A DNA stretch of 32,000 nt from Akkermansia muciniphila ATCC BAA-835 (GTDB lineage Bacteria; Verrucomicrobiota; Verrucomicrobiia; Verrucomicrobiales; Akkermansiaceae): NCBI RefSeq assembly GCF_000020225.1, contig NC_010655.1, forward strand, positions 1,260,001 through 1,292,000, in the 5' to 3' direction. Under the pieces are notes generated by a model. The model searched no databases. It was not told the DNA's origin and was given only the letters and a program-made list of their open reading frames with translations. The first letter of the stretch is position 1. The number at the start of each line of letters is the position of its first letter. Positions 1 through 8,844 of the stretch are shown here, one piece after another. The position numbers were made by a program, and so were the translations under genes.

Positions 1-547
1 TCTGGTGACGTTTATCCGTGAATATAATGAATCCGGCCGTCACCCGGATCCGGATGGATTCGCCATAGGCGTGGCCGGCTTCCCGGAAGGTCATCCGGCC
101 ACTCCCAACCGCCTGCGCGAGATGGATTTCCTGAAAGCCAAGGTGGATGCCGGCGCGGATTATATCTGCACCCAGCTGTTTTTTGACAATCATTCTTTTC
201 TGGATTACCGGGAACGCTGTCTGCTGGCCGGCATCAAGGTGCCTATCCTGGCGGGAATTATGCCTGTGACCAGCCTGTCCGGCATGAACCGCATGGCAGA
301 GCTTTCCGGAGGCACCTGTTTTCCGGCCAGGCTGCTCAAGGCGCTGAAGCGTGCGGGTTCCAATCCGGACGCTATTCAGGAAGTAGGCATCCAATACGCC
401 TCCAGCCAGTGTGCCGAACTGTTGGATTCCGATGTGGACGGCATTCATTTTTATACGCTTAACCAGAGCCGGGCAACGCGGGAGATCTACAGGAATCTGG
501 GACTGAAGGATTCCCTGCAGCTTTTGGAACATGGCGAAGATAAGTAA
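1..547 (+). CDS. metF: 5,10-methylenetetrahydrofolate reductase, C-terminal part (5' end is off the left edge of the window)
   Basis: The frame is open from the window edge to TAA at 545-547. The translation contains the conserved MTHFR blocks VAGFPEGHP, ADYICTQLFFD, GIKVPILAGIMP and GIHFYTLN. Confidence 0.85.
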   Translation, partial: LVTFIREYNESGRHPDPDGFAIGVAGFPEGHPATPNRLREMDFLKAKVDAGADYICTQLFFDNHSFLDYRERCLLAGIKVPILAGIMPVTSLSGMNRMAELSGGTCFPARLLKALKRAGSNPDAIQEVGIQYASSQCAELLDSDVDGIHFYTLNQSRATREIYRNLGLKDSLQLLEHGEDK

Positions 548-599
548 AAAGCTGATTGATTTGGTTGGGACAACACGGTAGAAACCTCTTCAACATATT

Positions 600-1337
600 A
601 TGGATATCAAGGATATTAAACGGGCCATGGACAATATGCCGATGGGCGACGGAAGTGCGTTTGCGGAAATTTCCGTCGGCCCGGCCAAGCATGAACAGTT
701 TTTGGATGAACATTACGGCAAGGTTGCGCTGGTTGTGTTGCTATGCGTCCTTGGGGCTGCCGGATGGATTATTTATAATGGCGTGCAGGATTCCATGGAA
801 AGAAAGGCAGGCGCCGCTCTGGTGGCCGCTATGCCGGAATCCCCGGCAACCGGGGAAATTTCCCTGGACGAACAGGGGCTTCAGCAGGTAGTGGCTGACT
901 TTGACAGTTCCCGCGCCGCCGTCACCGCCTCTTACCTTCAGGCCATTGCCTTGTGGAACGCCGGCAAGGAGGATGAAGGCGTGGCCAAAATGAAAGCTTT
1001 TATTGATTCCGCTCCCACGGAGGAATGGAAAGCCCAGGCTTCCGTTACCCTGGCCTGCCGTCTGATGAACCGGGGGAAAGCGGATGAGGCGGAAGGGCTG
1101 TTCCGTTCCGTGGTGGATGCGGGAGATCCTACTTTTTCCGGTTTTGCCACCATGTGCCTGGGGGACATTGCCCGGGCTAAGAAAGACAATGCCGCCGCAG
1201 GCGCCTTTTACCGTGAACTGGCGGAGAAATTTCCGTCCAGTGCATTTGCCTTGCAGAGCGGAGGCTACCTGCTGCGCAAGAGCCTGTTTGATATTCAGAG
1301 TCCCGTTCGTATTGAGCCCGCAGTAGAACAGAAATAA
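600..1337 (+). CDS. Membrane-anchored TPR-like protein (YfgM-like architecture)
   Basis: ATG at 600, 245 aa. A single N-terminal hydrophobic anchor (VALVVLLCVLGAAGWIIY) is followed by an Ala/Leu-rich helical repeat region. The overall layout resembles YfgM-type proteins. Confidence 0.55.
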   Translation: MDIKDIKRAMDNMPMGDGSAFAEISVGPAKHEQFLDEHYGKVALVVLLCVLGAAGWIIYNGVQDSMERKAGAALVAAMPESPATGEISLDEQGLQQVVADFDSSRAAVTASYLQAIALWNAGKEDEGVAKMKAFIDSAPTEEWKAQASVTLACRLMNRGKADEAEGLFRSVVDAGDPTFSGFATMCLGDIARAKKDNAAAGAFYRELAEKFPSSAFALQSGGYLLRKSLFDIQSPVRIEPAVEQK

Positions 1338-1346
1338 TCCATGCGG

Positions 1347-1382
1347 GCGTTTCCGAAGTTTTCCGGAAGATGAACGCTTTTT
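1347..1382 (+). terminator. Candidate rho-independent terminator after the TPR-like gene
   Basis: An outer stem GCGTT (1347-1351) / AACGC (1373-1377) and an inner TCCG/CGGA pairing are followed by TTTTT (1378-1382). The stem is imperfect. Confidence 0.4.
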
Positions 1383-1593
1383 CCATCCGCATGTCTGTTT
1401 TTTTACAGTGCATGCGGATTTCCGTATTCAGGAACGCCGGAACAGGGGGGTAATGAAAAGCCTGCTGCGCGCGTAGCTGTTATGATTCCGGGAATTCCGT
1501 TCAGGACTGTGACATATTTAAACAAATCATCAAGGGATTCCGCGCTTACCGGATGTAACCGGGCTGCCGGTGTTAATCCTTATTTTTTATCTC

Positions 1594-1866
1594 ATGAACA
1601 GGCATATTAAATCATTCTGGCTTCTTCCCCTGGCGGGAATGACGCTTTCTTTCATGCCGTCCTGCACGACGGACAGCTACGGGAACAGTTCCGTAACGCC
1701 CGGCGGAGCCGCCGCCATCGGTGTGGGGGCGCTGGCTGCCGGCGCCGCTATTGGGGCGGCTGTCCAGCATGACCGCGACAAGGACAGGTACCGCAATGAC
1801 TGGCGTCACCATAATCCTCCTCCTCCGCCTCCCCGTCCGCCTCATCGACCCCAATGGCGGAGGTAA
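1594..1866 (+). CDS. Small lipoprotein with a glycine-zipper segment and a proline-rich basic tail
   Basis: The ORF track starts at GTG 1570. The in-frame ATG at 1594 gives MNRHIKSFWLLPLAGMTLSFMPSC, which is a signal peptide with a lipobox Cys. This is followed by GGAAAIGVGALAAGAAIGAA and then PPPPPPRPPHRP. Confidence 0.5.
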   Translation: MNRHIKSFWLLPLAGMTLSFMPSCTTDSYGNSSVTPGGAAAIGVGALAAGAAIGAAVQHDRDKDRYRNDWRHHNPPPPPPRPPHRPQWRR

Positions 1867-1958
1867 GAAGGGAGCGTGCGTGTAAGGGCGGCGATATTTT
1901 GGTTCGGCAGGGGGCCGGGAGGCGACGCGTTTTTCCGGTCTGCCCCTTTGCTGAAATC

Positions 1959-2585
1959 TCAGACCCGCCGTATGCCGCGGAGCGCCCAGGTCATGCGTTG
2001 TCTGGCGCTTTCCGGATCATTGAGGATAGAACCCAGCAAGTCGAGAACGGGCCGAGCTGCTTTGGGGTCGTGCACTTGGAGCTGTCCGGAAAGGATAAAG
2101 GGGGCTCCCCCGCAGCAGACAAGGTAAATGAGGATGTTCATGGGGTCTCCCATGAGCACGGATCCTTCCTGCTGGGCTTCCCGTATGGTTTCCAGCAGCA
2201 CAAGGGGATGGCGCGTATGGATTCCTGAAATGAAACGGATGGCCGCCTGTTCCCCTGCCAGGGCGTCCAGAACCAGCTGGGCAATGAATTGGCCGTGACG
2301 CAGCAGGAACTCCATGACGTCTCCCAGGATGGCTTCCAGTTTTTCAAAGGCCGGAAGATGAATGTTGGCATGGGTCCTGATGCCGGTGAACAGAGGTTCG
2401 TACCAGCGTTCCAGAAGCTCGGTCAGAAAAGCTTCCCGGTTGCCGAAGTGATAGACAAAGCTCCCTGTATTGGTGCCGGCCCGCAGGGACAGGCCGCGAA
2501 CGGTAAGGGCGCGCAGCCCGGATTCCCCGACAATCATGGCACCCGTATTGAGCAGGTGCTCTCTGGTGGATTTCCGTTTGGGCAT
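1959..2585 (-). CDS. TetR/AcrR-family transcriptional regulator
   Basis: The internal ATG at 2585 (cat at 2583-2585) gives MPKRKSTREHLLNTG... with a typical TetR HTH (LTVRGLSLRAGTNTGSFVYHFGNREAFL). The 32-codon upstream extension in the ORF track runs into the terminator. Confidence 0.85.
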   Translation of the reverse strand: MPKRKSTREHLLNTGAMIVGESGLRALTVRGLSLRAGTNTGSFVYHFGNREAFLTELLERWYEPLFTGIRTHANIHLPAFEKLEAILGDVMEFLLRHGQFIAQLVLDALAGEQAAIRFISGIHTRHPLVLLETIREAQQEGSVLMGDPMNILIYLVCCGGAPFILSGQLQVHDPKAARPVLDLLGSILNDPESARQRMTWALRGIRRV

Positions 2586-2659
2586 GAAGGTGAAGCTTGA
2601 ACCTCCATGTGTGCCCCTTATCGGCCTGCAAGGCAAGGACTCGTTATGTCTGTTGCTGT

Positions 2660-2698
2660 AAAAAGCGGAACCGGGGCTCATCCTCTCCCCGGTTCCGC
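2660..2698 (-). terminator. Rho-independent terminator directly after the RND pump gene
   Basis: A perfect 12-bp GC-rich stem, GCGGAACCGGGG (2665-2676) / CCCCGGTTCCGC (2687-2698), has a 10-nt loop. On the minus strand it is followed by TTTTT (A-run 2660-2664 on plus). Confidence 0.75.
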
Positions 2699-2717
2699 CG
2701 CCGAAGTCCTGAATGAA

Positions 2718-5700
2718 TCAGGAGGTTGCTTTCAATTCCTTCCGCCGGGAGGCAATCCAGCGGGAGAAGAGTTTGGCCGTGGCCGGAATGATAAGCAGGT
2801 TCAGGATGGTGGCTGTCACCAGCCCGCCGAACTGGACGATGGCCAGGGGGCCGAGCAGTTCGCCTCCGGGCTGGTCAATGGCCCAGATCAGCGGGAGCAG
2901 CCCCAGCACGGTAGTCAGGGAAGTCATGATGATGGGGACCACGCGTTCCAGAGAACCCTCCCGTATGGCTTCCGCGGGTTCCATCCCCTGATGTTCCAGG
3001 GCCCGGTACCTGTTGAGCAGAATCAGGCCGCTGCGGATGGCGAAGCCGATGACGGTCACGAATCCCACAATGGAAGCCACGGAAAGAATGGGAGGAATGT
3101 AAGTTCCTCCAAACAGGGAGGACAGCGTACCGGGGGAGGCAAGGAAGACGGCTACGATGCCGCCCACCAGGCACAGCGGTATGTTCACCAGGGTCAGCAT
3201 GGCGCGCCGGACGCTTCCCAGTGCGGAGGAAAGGAGCAGCACGATGAGCACCATGACGATGGCGCCCAGGACGTAAAGCCGTTGTGATGCGGATTCCCGT
3301 GCTTTGATAGTGCCGTCATAGTCCACGGTACAGCCCATGGCGTTCATTACCGGGTCCAATTGTTCCCGACAGGCTTTCGCAAGGTCTCCCAGGTTGGAAT
3401 TGGGGGAGGGATTGCAGGAAATCATGGCTTTCCGCATGGTGTTGTCCCTCAGGATGAGGTTGGAAACTTCCTCCCGGTATACCTGTGCCACGTCGTCCAG
3501 GCGCACGGTTTTTTTATTGGGGGAAATGAGTTCCAGGTTTTTGACATCTTCCATGGACGTTTTAAGTCTGGGGTCAATGCGCAGGACAATGTTCCAATGG
3601 TCCTGGTTTTTGATGACTTCTCCCAGTTTTTGTCCGTTCATGGCCGTGGAAACCTGTTCCGCAGCATTCGCCATGGTCAGGCCGTAGGAAGCCAGGGCTT
3701 CCTGATTGTATTGCACGCGAATGGTATCCACCATAATTTCCCGGTTGGCGCGTGCATCCGCCACTTCCGGCATGTTCTCCAGAATTTCCTTGGCTTTCCG
3801 GGCCGCCAGGCGGAGCTGGGGCAGCTCTGTGCCGTAAATGTTGATGGCGATTTCCGAGTTGGAGCCGGACAGAGCGGAACTGATGCGATGGGCCAGCGGA
3901 TAGCCGATCATGGAGCTGGTGCCGGGGATGCCGTCAATGCATTTCTTGATGGCGGCGCGCAATTCTTTCTGGTCTTTCTTCAGATCCACGCGCACGAGCA
4001 GCTCGGAGGCGCTGACGGGTTCTGCGTGTTCGTCGTTTTCCGCGCGTCCCGTGCGCTGGGTGACACTGAGAACCCCCGGAATCTGTTCAATATCTTTCAT
4101 CACTTTCCGGGAGATGCGCTCCGTTTCATCCAGGGAAGTTCCCGGCACCGTGCTGACGAAGACTGTGTAGCAATCCTCGTTGAACGGCGGCAGGAAACTG
4201 GTTCCGAACGTGGAACCCAGCCACAGGGCCAGCAGTGTAATGGCCGTCATGATGGCGCAGACCGTTTTGGAAAAGCGCAGGCAGAATTCCAGGATGGGGG
4301 CATAAATGCGTTTAATGAGGCGGGAGCTGAAGGAATCCCCGCTTTCCAGAGTAGCGGCGTTTTTGCTTTTCTTGAACCATATGTAACAGAGAACCGGAGT
4401 TATGGTGACAGCTACAATAAGGGAAGAAAGCAGGGCCAGCATGTAGGAGATCCCCAGGGGCCGGAAAAACTGGCCTTCCAGACCGGACAGGAAGAGCACC
4501 GGAGTGAATACCAGCAGGATGATGACAGAGGAGAAGGAAATGGAGCCTACGATTTCGCTCTTGGCTTTCATCAGAACCTCATACTTGCTCTTGCGCTTAT
4601 CTTTCGGCAGGGCGGCGTTCCTGTTCAGGTGCCTCCAGGCTATTTCCACGAAAATAATGGCGTTGTCCACCACGTCTCCCACGGCTACGGCAAGGCCGCC
4701 CAGGGTCATGATGTTGATGGCCAGCCCGAAGACGGGGAACATCATCAACCCGAACAGGATGGACAGGGGCATGGAAATCAGCGTGATGATGGCCGTGCGA
4801 AGGTTCAGCAGCGTCAGGAAGATGACGATCATGACCACCGCTCCGGCAATGAGGAGGGTTTCCGTGCCGTTATCCAGGGACATTTCAATGAAATCCGCCT
4901 GCCGATAGGCTGCGGTGTGCAGTTTCATTCCCTTGGGAAGCTGGCTTTGGCTGAATTCCCTGACGGCTGCATCCACGGCCTGTGTCAGGGCCAGCGTATT
5001 GGCTCCCGGCACCTTCTGCACGGAAAGCACCACGGCGTCTTCCCCCATAAATCCGGCATCTCCCCGCCGCGGCGCACCGTCTATCTTGACTTCCGCCACA
5101 TCCTGGAGCCGGAGTATTCCGGAGGCATGGTCCGGAACCAGGGCGCGGTTGAGCTGTTCAATATTGGCTGTGCGGGTATCCTGCTGGATGGGGAGTTCCT
5201 GCCCGGCTACATCCTCCAGATACCCTGCGGGGACGGAAGATTGGGATTCCTGAATAGCCGTTTTCAGGCTGGAAAGGTCCACCCCGGCCAGTTTGAGCTT
5301 GTTGGGATCATAAATCACCTGGTATTCCGGCAGACGCCCGCCCAGCACCGTGACCTGCCCCACCCCGGGAATGGCCAGCAGGCGCGTGCGCAGCTTGTAT
5401 TCCGCCAGTTGCCTCATGTCCAGCTGGGAGGTATCCTTGTCTCCAGTCAGGGCGATGAGCATGATTTCCCCCGTTATGGAGACGATGGGGGCCAGCTCCG
5501 GGGATGTCCCTTCCGGCAGGGATTCCCGGACTGCTCCAAGACGTTCCGTTACAATCTGCCGGGCCTGGTAGATATCTTTGTTCCAGTCGAAATCCACCCA
5601 TACGAAGGAAAGCCCGCTGCCGGAGGAGGAGCGGACGCCTTTGACTCCGGCGGTTCCGTTCATGGCGGACTCAATGGGAATGGTGATGTATTGTTCCACT

Positions 5701-5876
5701 TCTTCCGCAGTAAGGCCGGGGGCTTCCGTCTGGATGGTGACACGCGGGACCTTCAGTTCCGGGAATACGTCCACGGGAATGTTCTTCACCACGAAAATGC
5801 TGACGATTGCCAGCGCAATCGTCAGCAGGATCACAGTAATCCTGTTGTTCAGGCAGAATGAAATGAGAAAGTTCAT
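2718..5876 (-). CDS. RND efflux permease, CusA/CzcA (heavy-metal efflux) family-like
   Basis: 1052 aa. The N-terminal block PVDVFPELKVPRVTIQTEAPGLTAEEVEQYITIPIESAMNG..GVKGVRSSSGSGLSFVWVDF..YQARQIVTERL matches the HME-RND pattern I remember from CzcA (GLSQVTVIF, ARQLVNQRI). The TM4 region reads AVGDVVDNAIIFVEI. Confidence 0.8.
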   Translation of the reverse strand: MNFLISFCLNNRITVILLTIALAIVSIFVVKNIPVDVFPELKVPRVTIQTEAPGLTAEEVEQYITIPIESAMNGTAGVKGVRSSSGSGLSFVWVDFDWNKDIYQARQIVTERLGAVRESLPEGTSPELAPIVSITGEIMLIALTGDKDTSQLDMRQLAEYKLRTRLLAIPGVGQVTVLGGRLPEYQVIYDPNKLKLAGVDLSSLKTAIQESQSSVPAGYLEDVAGQELPIQQDTRTANIEQLNRALVPDHASGILRLQDVAEVKIDGAPRRGDAGFMGEDAVVLSVQKVPGANTLALTQAVDAAVREFSQSQLPKGMKLHTAAYRQADFIEMSLDNGTETLLIAGAVVMIVIFLTLLNLRTAIITLISMPLSILFGLMMFPVFGLAINIMTLGGLAVAVGDVVDNAIIFVEIAWRHLNRNAALPKDKRKSKYEVLMKAKSEIVGSISFSSVIILLVFTPVLFLSGLEGQFFRPLGISYMLALLSSLIVAVTITPVLCYIWFKKSKNAATLESGDSFSSRLIKRIYAPILEFCLRFSKTVCAIMTAITLLALWLGSTFGTSFLPPFNEDCYTVFVSTVPGTSLDETERISRKVMKDIEQIPGVLSVTQRTGRAENDEHAEPVSASELLVRVDLKKDQKELRAAIKKCIDGIPGTSSMIGYPLAHRISSALSGSNSEIAINIYGTELPQLRLAARKAKEILENMPEVADARANREIMVDTIRVQYNQEALASYGLTMANAAEQVSTAMNGQKLGEVIKNQDHWNIVLRIDPRLKTSMEDVKNLELISPNKKTVRLDDVAQVYREEVSNLILRDNTMRKAMISCNPSPNSNLGDLAKACREQLDPVMNAMGCTVDYDGTIKARESASQRLYVLGAIVMVLIVLLLSSALGSVRRAMLTLVNIPLCLVGGIVAVFLASPGTLSSLFGGTYIPPILSVASIVGFVTVIGFAIRSGLILLNRYRALEHQGMEPAEAIREGSLERVVPIIMTSLTTVLGLLPLIWAIDQPGGELLGPLAIVQFGGLVTATILNLLIIPATAKLFSRWIASRRKELKATS

Positions 5877-5966
5877 GGATTCTGATTGCTGAATACCTAA
5901 GATTCAAGGGTTTATTTCAAGGGAATCCGGGGTATTTGTTCCTTAATCTTTTATTTTGTACATCGT

Positions 5967-7391
5967 TTAGTGTTCTCCTTCGTGGAACTGGCCGTCCGCG
6001 TGGAAGTGTCCGGCTGCTTTTTTGCTTCCGGCCTCTCCGGTGGGCAGGATGTATTTCAACTCATACCCGCCCTTGGTGACGATGGTCTGTCCCGGCATCA
6101 GCCCCTTGACGGGAGTTTTTCCCTGACGGGAAGGCAGTGTTTCCACTTTTTTCATGACAAATGTGTCGTTTCCCGCCTTGATGAAAACCACGTCGTTCAC
6201 CCCTACCTTGACGACGGCGCTGTTGGGGACGGGAATGAAGCCCTCCGCGGCGGCGTCATGGGAGTACAGATCCAACCGGGCCAGCTGGCCGGCATGCGTC
6301 CCTTCCGGTATGCGGTCCGGGGTAAAATACAGGGCCCTGGACTGGGTGGCGGGATCTACCTGTTCGGCCACCCTCAGGGAGCCGTTCAGCAGTTCCGTGT
6401 TTTTACCGCTGGTCAGGGCCAGCCGGGCTTTTGCATAATGGACGGGATCCGTCCCATAAATGGTCGTGGTAAATTCCAGATCCCCTTTATTGGTCATGAC
6501 GAGGGCAGGCGCGCCCTGTTCTCCCCAGGCCCCTTGGGTCATGTTCACGGACTGAACGGAACCATCCGCCGCTGCGTATATGTAAAGAAGGTTATTTTTC
6601 AATACGCCGGACTCCATCACCAGTTTCAATTTATTGTTGCTGGCGTTCAGGGCAGCCCGGAGGCTGTGGATTTCCGCCTCTTTGAATTGGATGGAAGTAT
6701 TCAGTTCGCTGTTGCGGGTGCCGATTTTTTCCAACTGGGCCCGGCGTTCCCTGAGGGTTCCGAGTTCTGCTGCGGCACGGTCCAGCGCGGCCCTGGCCTG
6801 GGAGGCGTTTCCTTCCATTTCCACAATATCCGGGGATGCCAGCGTGTACAGCAGTTCCCCTTTGCGCACTTGTTGTGCGGATTTGACGTTGAATGTCACG
6901 CGCCCTGCGGCGGGAAGGGCGTATGTGGTTACCGCATGGGGAGGAATGACCATCTGCCCGTGAAGGGTTTTCGCCGCTCCGTGGGAGGTTTCCTCCACTT
7001 TCTCAAAGCGCATGTCCAGAGAATGGCGCGCTTTTTCATCCACATGCACGGGAATCATGTCCCCCGGTTGGCTGGAATTTTTTTCCGCAGACTCTTCGCG
7101 TTCATGGTCGCCCGTGCATGCTTCCCCTTCCGCGTGCTGGTGACCTTCCAGTTCATGGTCGCCTGTGCAGACGGCTCCGTCCGCATGCCTGTGTTCTTCG
7201 TGGGCGTGGCCCTGAGTACAGATTTCCCCTGCCTTGTGCTGATGGTCGTCATGGCCGTGATCCGCTGTGCAGGCGGAACCGTCCTCGTGTTTGTGTTCCG
7301 CAGGGGCAGGCTGTTCTCCGCGTGCGGAATGGAGACAGAAAGCAGGAGCCAGTCCCAGCATGATGGAAAAATAAAGATGTTTCATATTCAT
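5967..7391 (-). CDS. Efflux RND periplasmic adaptor (membrane fusion protein) with a His/Cys-rich N-terminal extension
   Basis: 474 aa. It has a signal peptide MNMKHLYFSIMLGLAPAFCLHSARG and a His/Cys repeat region. These are followed by HlyD-like lipoyl, coiled-coil and beta-barrel segments (VRKGELLYTLASPDIVEMEGN...RAQLEKIG...). Confidence 0.85.
   Translation of the reverse strand: MNMKHLYFSIMLGLAPAFCLHSARGEQPAPAEHKHEDGSACTADHGHDDHQHKAGEICTQGHAHEEHRHADGAVCTGDHELEGHQHAEGEACTGDHEREESAEKNSSQPGDMIPVHVDEKARHSLDMRFEKVEETSHGAAKTLHGQMVIPPHAVTTYALPAAGRVTFNVKSAQQVRKGELLYTLASPDIVEMEGNASQARAALDRAAAELGTLRERRAQLEKIGTRNSELNTSIQFKEAEIHSLRAALNASNNKLKLVMESGVLKNNLLYIYAAADGSVQSVNMTQGAWGEQGAPALVMTNKGDLEFTTTIYGTDPVHYAKARLALTSGKNTELLNGSLRVAEQVDPATQSRALYFTPDRIPEGTHAGQLARLDLYSHDAAAEGFIPVPNSAVVKVGVNDVVFIKAGNDTFVMKKVETLPSRQGKTPVKGLMPGQTIVTKGGYELKYILPTGEAGSKKAAGHFHADGQFHEGEH
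7092..7295 (-). repeat. Four tandem 17-codon (51-nt) coding repeats, motif H-x-H-x2-G-x2-C-T-x2-H
   Basis: The repeats cover residues 33-100 of the adaptor: HKHEDGSACTADHGHDD / HQHKAGEICTQGHAHEE / HRHADGAVCTGDHELEG / HQHAEGEACTGDHEREE. The period is exactly 17 aa, with the H-x-H starting at residues 33, 50, 67 and 84. Confidence 0.9.
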
Positions 7392-7417
7392 TAAAGATGG
7401 TGGAGGGTTGATGTGGA

Positions 7418-8698
7418 TTAAAGGTTGGCGTGGGTGAGGTAGCGGAGCTGGGCCTGAACGGCCAGAAGCTTGTCCAGATTGTCCAGGAAAGCCAGGCGGC
7501 TTTCGTAAAGCTGGTGGCGGTTTTCCGCCAGTTCCAGCAGGGATGCTTCCCCAATGCCGTGCAGCTTTTCCATGGTCCGGACGGAGGCGGCGAAGGATTC
7601 CATGCGCTGGAGTTCCGTGCGGCAGTGGCGGAGCGCCATCTGCTGGCTTGCGTCAAGCTGGCGGGCGTTGAATAATTCCGTTTTCCAAAGCTGGATGGTT
7701 TCCTGTCTGGACAAGTCCCGTGTGCCTCGGGCTTCCGCAATAGCCTTGCGGTTGCGGTTCCAAAGGGGAAGATTGAACCCTATTTCTCCGCCTACTTCCT
7801 TTTCTCCTTCGTCGCGGGTGAAGGAGGGGCCGAGCTCCAGTTCCGGGTACTGCCGGCGGATTTCCGTTTTGAATAATGTCTCCGTGGTGGCGTAGGTCGC
7901 CAGTTGTGCCTTGATTTTTGGAGAGGCGGTCAAGGCTGAAGGGCCGGGAGCCGGTACGGCGGCGGGAAGCTGGAAACTCTGTTTCGTCAGGAAACCGAGT
8001 TTCCGCACCGCAGAAGGATGCAGGCCCATCAGCTTGACGAGTTCCATCTTCTGCTCCAATTCCGTTTCCGTCACGGTTTGGAGTTCCCGGATAGCGTCAT
8101 TCATCCGCTGGGAGGCTACCTGCCGAGAGGAAAAATCCACTTCCCCCGCGCCGATAAGCTGTTCAATCATGCCGTTTTCCCGTCGGATGGCATCCAGCCG
8201 TTCCCGGATGACCGTCTTGCGGCGCTGGGTAACGGCCAGTTGGCTCCATGCTTGGTCCAGGGAACTGAGAAAATCCAGTTCAGCCTGGCGGAGGGTCCAG
8301 AAGTCGGCCTCCTTGTATTGTTCCGCCACTTTTTTTTCCAGGGCGGGGAGGCCGGTTACGGGAATGGTGAAGCCCAGGCTGCCGGACATGTTGACCGTAT
8401 TTTCCTGGAGGACTTGTTCAATATCCCAGGAAAAGGAGGGATCGTTCCACCAGCCCGATTGCCTGGCTACTTCATTGCTGGAAGCCAGTTTCAGCCGGGC
8501 TTTGTTCAGATCCGGATTCATGACCAGGCCGATCTGGCGAGCCTGGTTCTGAGTGATTGAGGTAGGGGAATCTACGCGGGATGCCTCTTTCCAGGAGGCT
8601 TCCTCCGCGTTCAGGTCGATAGGCGCGCTGTGGTAGACGCTGCATGAGCTAAGCAGGGCTGCCAGGCCTATTCCGGCGAAGAATGGTGTGGATTTCAT
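7418..8698 (-). CDS. Outer-membrane efflux lipoprotein (TolC/NodT family-like)
   Basis: The ATG at 8698 gives MKSTPFFAGIGLAALLSSC, with a lipobox. The ORF track's first codon at 8731 is TTG. The body is long, helical and Gln/Leu-rich, typical of OMF proteins. The gene lies 26 nt upstream of the adaptor gene. Confidence 0.8.
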   Translation of the reverse strand: MKSTPFFAGIGLAALLSSCSVYHSAPIDLNAEEASWKEASRVDSPTSITQNQARQIGLVMNPDLNKARLKLASSNEVARQSGWWNDPSFSWDIEQVLQENTVNMSGSLGFTIPVTGLPALEKKVAEQYKEADFWTLRQAELDFLSSLDQAWSQLAVTQRRKTVIRERLDAIRRENGMIEQLIGAGEVDFSSRQVASQRMNDAIRELQTVTETELEQKMELVKLMGLHPSAVRKLGFLTKQSFQLPAAVPAPGPSALTASPKIKAQLATYATTETLFKTEIRRQYPELELGPSFTRDEGEKEVGGEIGFNLPLWNRNRKAIAEARGTRDLSRQETIQLWKTELFNARQLDASQQMALRHCRTELQRMESFAASVRTMEKLHGIGEASLLELAENRHQLYESRLAFLDNLDKLLAVQAQLRYLTHANL

Positions 8699-8809
8699 GA
8701 TGGAAAAGATAATAAAAACAGTTCGCTCCAATCAGGTTTGGACAATGCGGCGAATAATTCCGCGGAAACAAATAAAAGCGGCCGCCGTATTAAAGGCAGC
8801 GTACCGCAG

Positions 8810-8831
8810 GAAACGCCCTTAAGGACGTTTC
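8810..8831. promoter_or_regulatory. 22-bp near-perfect palindrome between the Cys/His gene and the OMF gene
   Basis: In GAAACGCCCTTAAGGACGTTTC, 10 of 11 arm pairs are complementary. No T-run follows on either strand, so it is not a canonical terminator. Confidence 0.5.
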
Positions 8832-8844
8832 TGAAAAAGAGCCG

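Noticed and set aside
1385-1419. 9-bp inverted repeat ATCCGCATG...CATGCGGAT as a terminator
   Set aside because: The T-run lies inside the 17-nt loop and not after the stem, on either strand. The weaker hairpin plus TTTTT at 1347-1382 is a better terminator candidate.
3360-5861. 833-aa plus-strand ORF antisense to the RND pump gene
   Set aside because: It is in the codon-aligned antisense frame of a gene with clear family signatures. Its translation is low-complexity and Gly/Arg/His/Gln/Val-rich, with no recognisable motifs. Such shadow ORFs arise when the sense gene avoids TTA, CTA and TCA codons.
5970-7394. 474-aa plus-strand ORF that exactly mirrors the adaptor gene (5967-7391)
   Set aside because: This is the same shadow-ORF effect. 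The minus-strand product has a signal peptide, metal repeats and an HlyD-like core, whereas the plus-strand product has none of these.
8330-8337. A8 tract (T8 on plus) inside the OMF gene as a phase-variation site
   Set aside because: It encodes E-K-K in a helical region. A/T runs of this length are common by chance and occur several times in the window (for example at 7078-7084 and 17399-17405). Efflux genes give no contextual reason to expect contingency behaviour.
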